A stretch of 64,000 nt of DNA from Chrysomallon squamiferum (Eukaryota; Animalia; Mollusca). The first letter of the stretch is position 1. Every line of letters starts with the position of its first letter. Under the pieces are notes generated by a model. That model saw nothing but the letters and a program-made list of their open reading frames with translations, searched no databases and was not told the origin of the DNA. Location: NCBI GenBank assembly GCA_012295275.1, contig CM022679.1, forward strand, positions 22,754,001 to 22,818,000, in the 5' to 3' direction. Positions 29,764 to 64,000 of this stretch are shown in pieces. Made by a program: the position numbers and the translations under genes.

Positions 29764-31024
29764 CCAAGAATATTCAATACTATATCAATATCAATACTAT
29801 ACACAATACACATATAGACACAATAAAACATTTAACACTATGAAAAAAGTTCTTACATGGCAGACCAAATGAAACAAATAAAAGTATCTAAATATACCTA
29901 TTTTTATTTACTGTTAATTTTTTTTACAGTATTTCACGACATTACTAACAGAACAATATAATAACAACACAGGGGTACATTTAAAAGTGTATACACCAAA
30001 AAATGACATATAGTTTCTCATAGCTACCTTTATGTTTTATTTTTCAGGAATACCACATTACTTATTAACTTCCAGTGTTAATAAACAAAAAGATCTGAAA
30101 GTATTTCATTTATCTCAGAAACAAACAATGAGTTAACAGAAATACACATAAAACATTTACTAAATATAATTATTAAAGAAGAAATGTTTTCTTGTTATGT
30201 TTTATTATAGTTGATAATAATAATATTAGGAATTTATAATTATTATTATTAGGGCAGTTAATTCCATGACTGAAGGTACATTAGGGAATTATTGTTAATA
30301 TTATTATTATTATTATTATCATCATCATTATTATCAGTTTTAACTCAGAATTAAATTTAAAAAGATACAAAAAACATTAATAAATACAATTAGTTATTTC
30401 AAAAATTTAAGATTTCTTTTTCTGCTACAAAAAAATAAATTGTAGTAATTTTTTTTATTATTATTATTATTATTTAATCTTAACAATACACAACAAGAAA
30501 AGAATGCAAAAATGTTTTTACAGTCATTTCAAAAAAACAAAAACGAAACAAAAATTAAATTTTAAGACCGGTATAAATATCACTAAGTTATAAAATCATA
30601 TTTAATATATAATTTCACATTTTAAATACGACTGTATTCAATACTGTACACAATACACATATAGACAAATAAAACATTTTTTTTTTTTTCCCCTGACTTT
30701 TCTGTAACAAATTTCAGCGTTCACTGCAGTCACAACTGCTATTCACAGTGAGATAATATCAAAAAAAAAAAAAAAAAAATTATATTTATTAATGTATGCC
30801 ATAAGTCCCAATAAAATCTTGTTTTCGGTTTGTTTTTTATTGGGTTTTTTTTTTTTCTTTCATAAAATAATCAAATAAAAAATAATGTATTCATATTCTA
30901 CTTAATAGTTGATACAGATACAATGAAATTTATAAAAAAAACAAATTCAGAAAAATTAAAAAAAAAAAATCAAACACGGTCTCACTCCACAGTTTATCAT
31001 TTCACATCGACTGTATTATTAATT

Positions 31025-60890
<29,866 letters not shown>

Positions 60891-62410
60891 GTTATTTAAC
60901 TGTCATCCTGTTAAAACAAATTACAAATCAGCAGTAGTAATTGGTGTTAAACAGTAGTGATATTAGCAGCAGCATAGTAATAATAGGATCATCCTATTAA
61001 AATATTTTTTTAAATTTAGAACTAGTAGTAATTGTTAAATGTACTGATATTAGCAGTAGTGTAGTAATAATAGATGTAGTATTAATATCTTATAAAAGAA
61101 ATTAAAAAATTAGTGATAGTAACAGTAGTATTGGAATAATATAGGAGTAGTGTAATACTAATCATCCTATTAAAAAAAAAATTAATAGTAGTGATATTAG
61201 TAATAGTATAGTACTTAGCAGTGCTACAATTTATATTAATAACAGTTGTAGTTGTAACAGTCATCCTATTAAAATATTTTTTTTGAATAATAGTAATAAT
61301 TGTTAAATAGTAATAATACTAGTAGTATAGTAATAATAGTTGTAGTTAAACTATAATAAAAATATTAAAAATTGGAATTAGTAATTTTTGCTACATAGTA
61401 GTGATATTAGTAGCACTATATTAGTAGTATAAGTAATAACAGTTGTGGTATAAAACAGTTACGCAATAAAACAAAAAATTAAATTAGTAGTAGTAATAAA
61501 CGTTAGTAATATTAGAAATACTGTAGTAATAATTTTCTTAAAGAAATAGTTTGTTGTTTTGTAATAGTAGTAGTAGTTATTGTTGTTGTAGGAATTGTAG
61601 CCATAGTTGTTTTTGTAAAAGTAGTAGTAATAGCAGAAGAAGTAATGGTGGTTGTTTTAACAGAAATAATTAAAAACAGTAGTAGTAGCAGCAGCATCAA
61701 CAGTAAAAGCAGTAATAGCAGTTAACATGATTAACCACTGGTTTGCTGTACAGAATCAACTCTCTCAGATTCAGTTACAGATTCTATTTAAAATGTTTCC
61801 TTTTCCACTCAGCTTTCAATAACTGTTTTCTGAAAGGCCAAAGTGTGTGTTTTCCACATACAGGAAGATCAGTATAATATGTCCCATGCCACATGACCTG
61901 TATGAGTAGGTTTCCTTTCCACATTATTATTATTATACTAGAAAATGCACGACTTATATGGACTGAACTAGTATTTTAAAGTTTTGGGTTGTTAAACATT
62001 TATTTATGGATTTATGATTTTGCCATATTTTTTATTTTAAACAAAACAATAAAAAAATAATTAAATAAATAAATAAAAACAAATTAAATTCATGACAAAT
62101 AACCATATGACATATAGTGTACTGACCCACTAACAATGTCAAACAATCGATAATGTTGAACAACAAAATAAGATCGAATGAAAAGGATAGCACTTTATTT
62201 AATCAACAGTAATCAAAGTACACTTTAAGTAGTAATTGTAATAAATAGTCGAAATGCACTTTTGACTATATGACGCCTTAAGTTCGACAATGGATAATGG
62301 ACCTCGAAAATTAGAACAAAATTCAACAATGATCTCTTTCTCGTAGTTTCTGCTATCGAGTGAATCTTCATATATCAAGCTTAATCAATAATTATTGCAA
62401 AACATATTCT

Positions 62411-62600
62411 ACTTACTCTTAAGAAACTGCGAAATGGCGCATCAGTAAATTATGTATATATTTATCTTTTCTTTAAATGCAATCAACTACATCTCAAAAC
62501 AACAATTATTATTGTATGAGGAAAAACAAAACCGGAAGTTAAATACATGGGGATTTCCCTGTCAGCACTCGGAATTACTCGGATATTTCCGATCGACAAT
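62411..62600 (-). promoter_or_regulatory. Candidate LRRK promoter and non-coding first exon
   Basis: Minus-strand donor AGA|gtaagt at 62417/62416, YY1-like AAATGGCG at about 62432, ETS site CCGGAAGT at 62532-62539. CpG reappears here. Coding exon 1 has an acceptor upstream of its ATG, so an upstream exon is expected. Confidence 0.4.
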
Positions 62601-62939
62601 CATCAAACGTATTCATTTATGACTGCATGTCTCTATAGTTATCATTATTGTTGTGGTGGCTGTTGTTGTTGTTTTTTTCTACTTCTTCTTCTTCCTGCTG
62701 ATGCTGGTGGTGGTGATGATGATGTTATTTTGTTAGAACTTTTACTGCTTTAAATAGTTTTGTTGTCGAATCAGATAAATTCAATTTAGTTATACAATCC
62801 ATGCAAATAAATTTTGCTGTATGGGTTGAAGCATCAAAGGAATATAGAGAAATCATGATTTCACAACATCTTTAACATACGCACATACACACTAAATAAA
62901 TAAATATACCATGTTTGTAATTTATTGAAAACAGTGAAA

Positions 62940-62997
<58 letters not shown>

Positions 62998-64000
62998 GTT
63001 ATTGGGTATTTTTATTTTTATTATTTATTGTTATAATTATTATTTTATTTATTTATTTATTTATTTATTTATTTTATTTTATTTTATTTTATTTTATTTT
63101 ATTTTATTTTATTTGTCATTTTATTTATTTCATTTTTATTAATTATTTAATTTAATAATTTTACTTTTTTATCTTTGAGATTTCATTGCTGAAATTTATT
63201 CATTTTAAATGTTTTTATTATTATTATTATTATTTTTTTTTTTTTTTTTTATTTTTTTTTTTTTTTTCTGTACATTTGGTGAACAGTCTTCCAGAAATCA
63301 TTTTTCAAGCAATACGTTCCGTATATTCCACAATGCAAGTTGGGTTATCATCACTTACCAGGTGGACTCATTTAACGTGCTAATCAGAGCGAGCTGTTGT
63401 GAAGCAGACAGGCATGCTTGAACCTTGAACCTTGAAAAAAATTAACGTGCTAATCAGAACAAGCCGTTGTGAAGCACGTCTGCGACAGGCACTCTTTCTG
63501 ACAGGTCAGCGGGCGTGTCTGTCGCAGAATCAGGCATGCTTACTGATGTGGTTTATATACGCAAGCGAAACCGACGATACAGAAATACCCTGATTAAAAA
63601 TGGCGTCGTTGAGAAACAATGAGTTTTTTTTCTTCGAAATGTTCTCGTTTAAATTGTATTACTTTCAAAATACCTTATATTATTCGGCATTTTGTATATA
63701 CATTTTCATTGGCATAATGTCCAAATTTTCTTGACAGAGATTAAAAGAACGATGATTAAAGTTCAGAATCCATTCTTAAGATGGCCGGTTGATGGACTTT
63801 AAAAAAAAAAAAGTATTATTTAGGTTTTTAAAAAATTAAAATAGGAAACTCATTGTTTGCATACGTAACAGTATATGTTTTAGAAGTTGAATACTTTTTG
63901 TTTTAACATAAAAGAGTGAAATATTAATTTTTAACTAACTTTTTTATACGGCCGGTTGATGGATTTAAAAAACCCACAAAAAACATTTCAATTTTTTTTT

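Noticed and set aside
63600-63735. AAAAATGGCGTCG as the start of a divergent gene
   Set aside because: Short ORF with no clear donor; equally explained as a YY1-like motif

Overview
AT-rich, microsatellite-dense eukaryotic (animal) genomic DNA; a mollusc-like invertebrate is my inference from composition and gene structure. The right half (31025-60890, minus strand) holds a 33-coding-exon LRRK/Roco kinase gene (ANK-LRR-ROC-COR-kinase-WD40-like tail, about 2500 aa). I traced it exon by exon with consistent intron phases, except exon 17 (COR), which is scrambled and frameshifted in this sequence. Downstream on the same strand is a spliced 56-aa single-pass membrane microprotein candidate (26037-26829). 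The left ~25 kb has no convincing coding sequence. It consists of CpG-containing unique islands between microsatellites, including a diverged duplicated pair (13.9 kb and 24.8 kb), an inverted 76-bp copy and local duplications. The most striking feature is in LRRK intron 26: eight tandem copies of the last 56 nt of a kinase exon plus its splice donor, whose variants are mostly synonymous. Other introns carry minisatellites, further exon-boundary duplications and a Tc2-like MITE. Coordinates were counted by hand and may be off by a few bases; no database searches were run.
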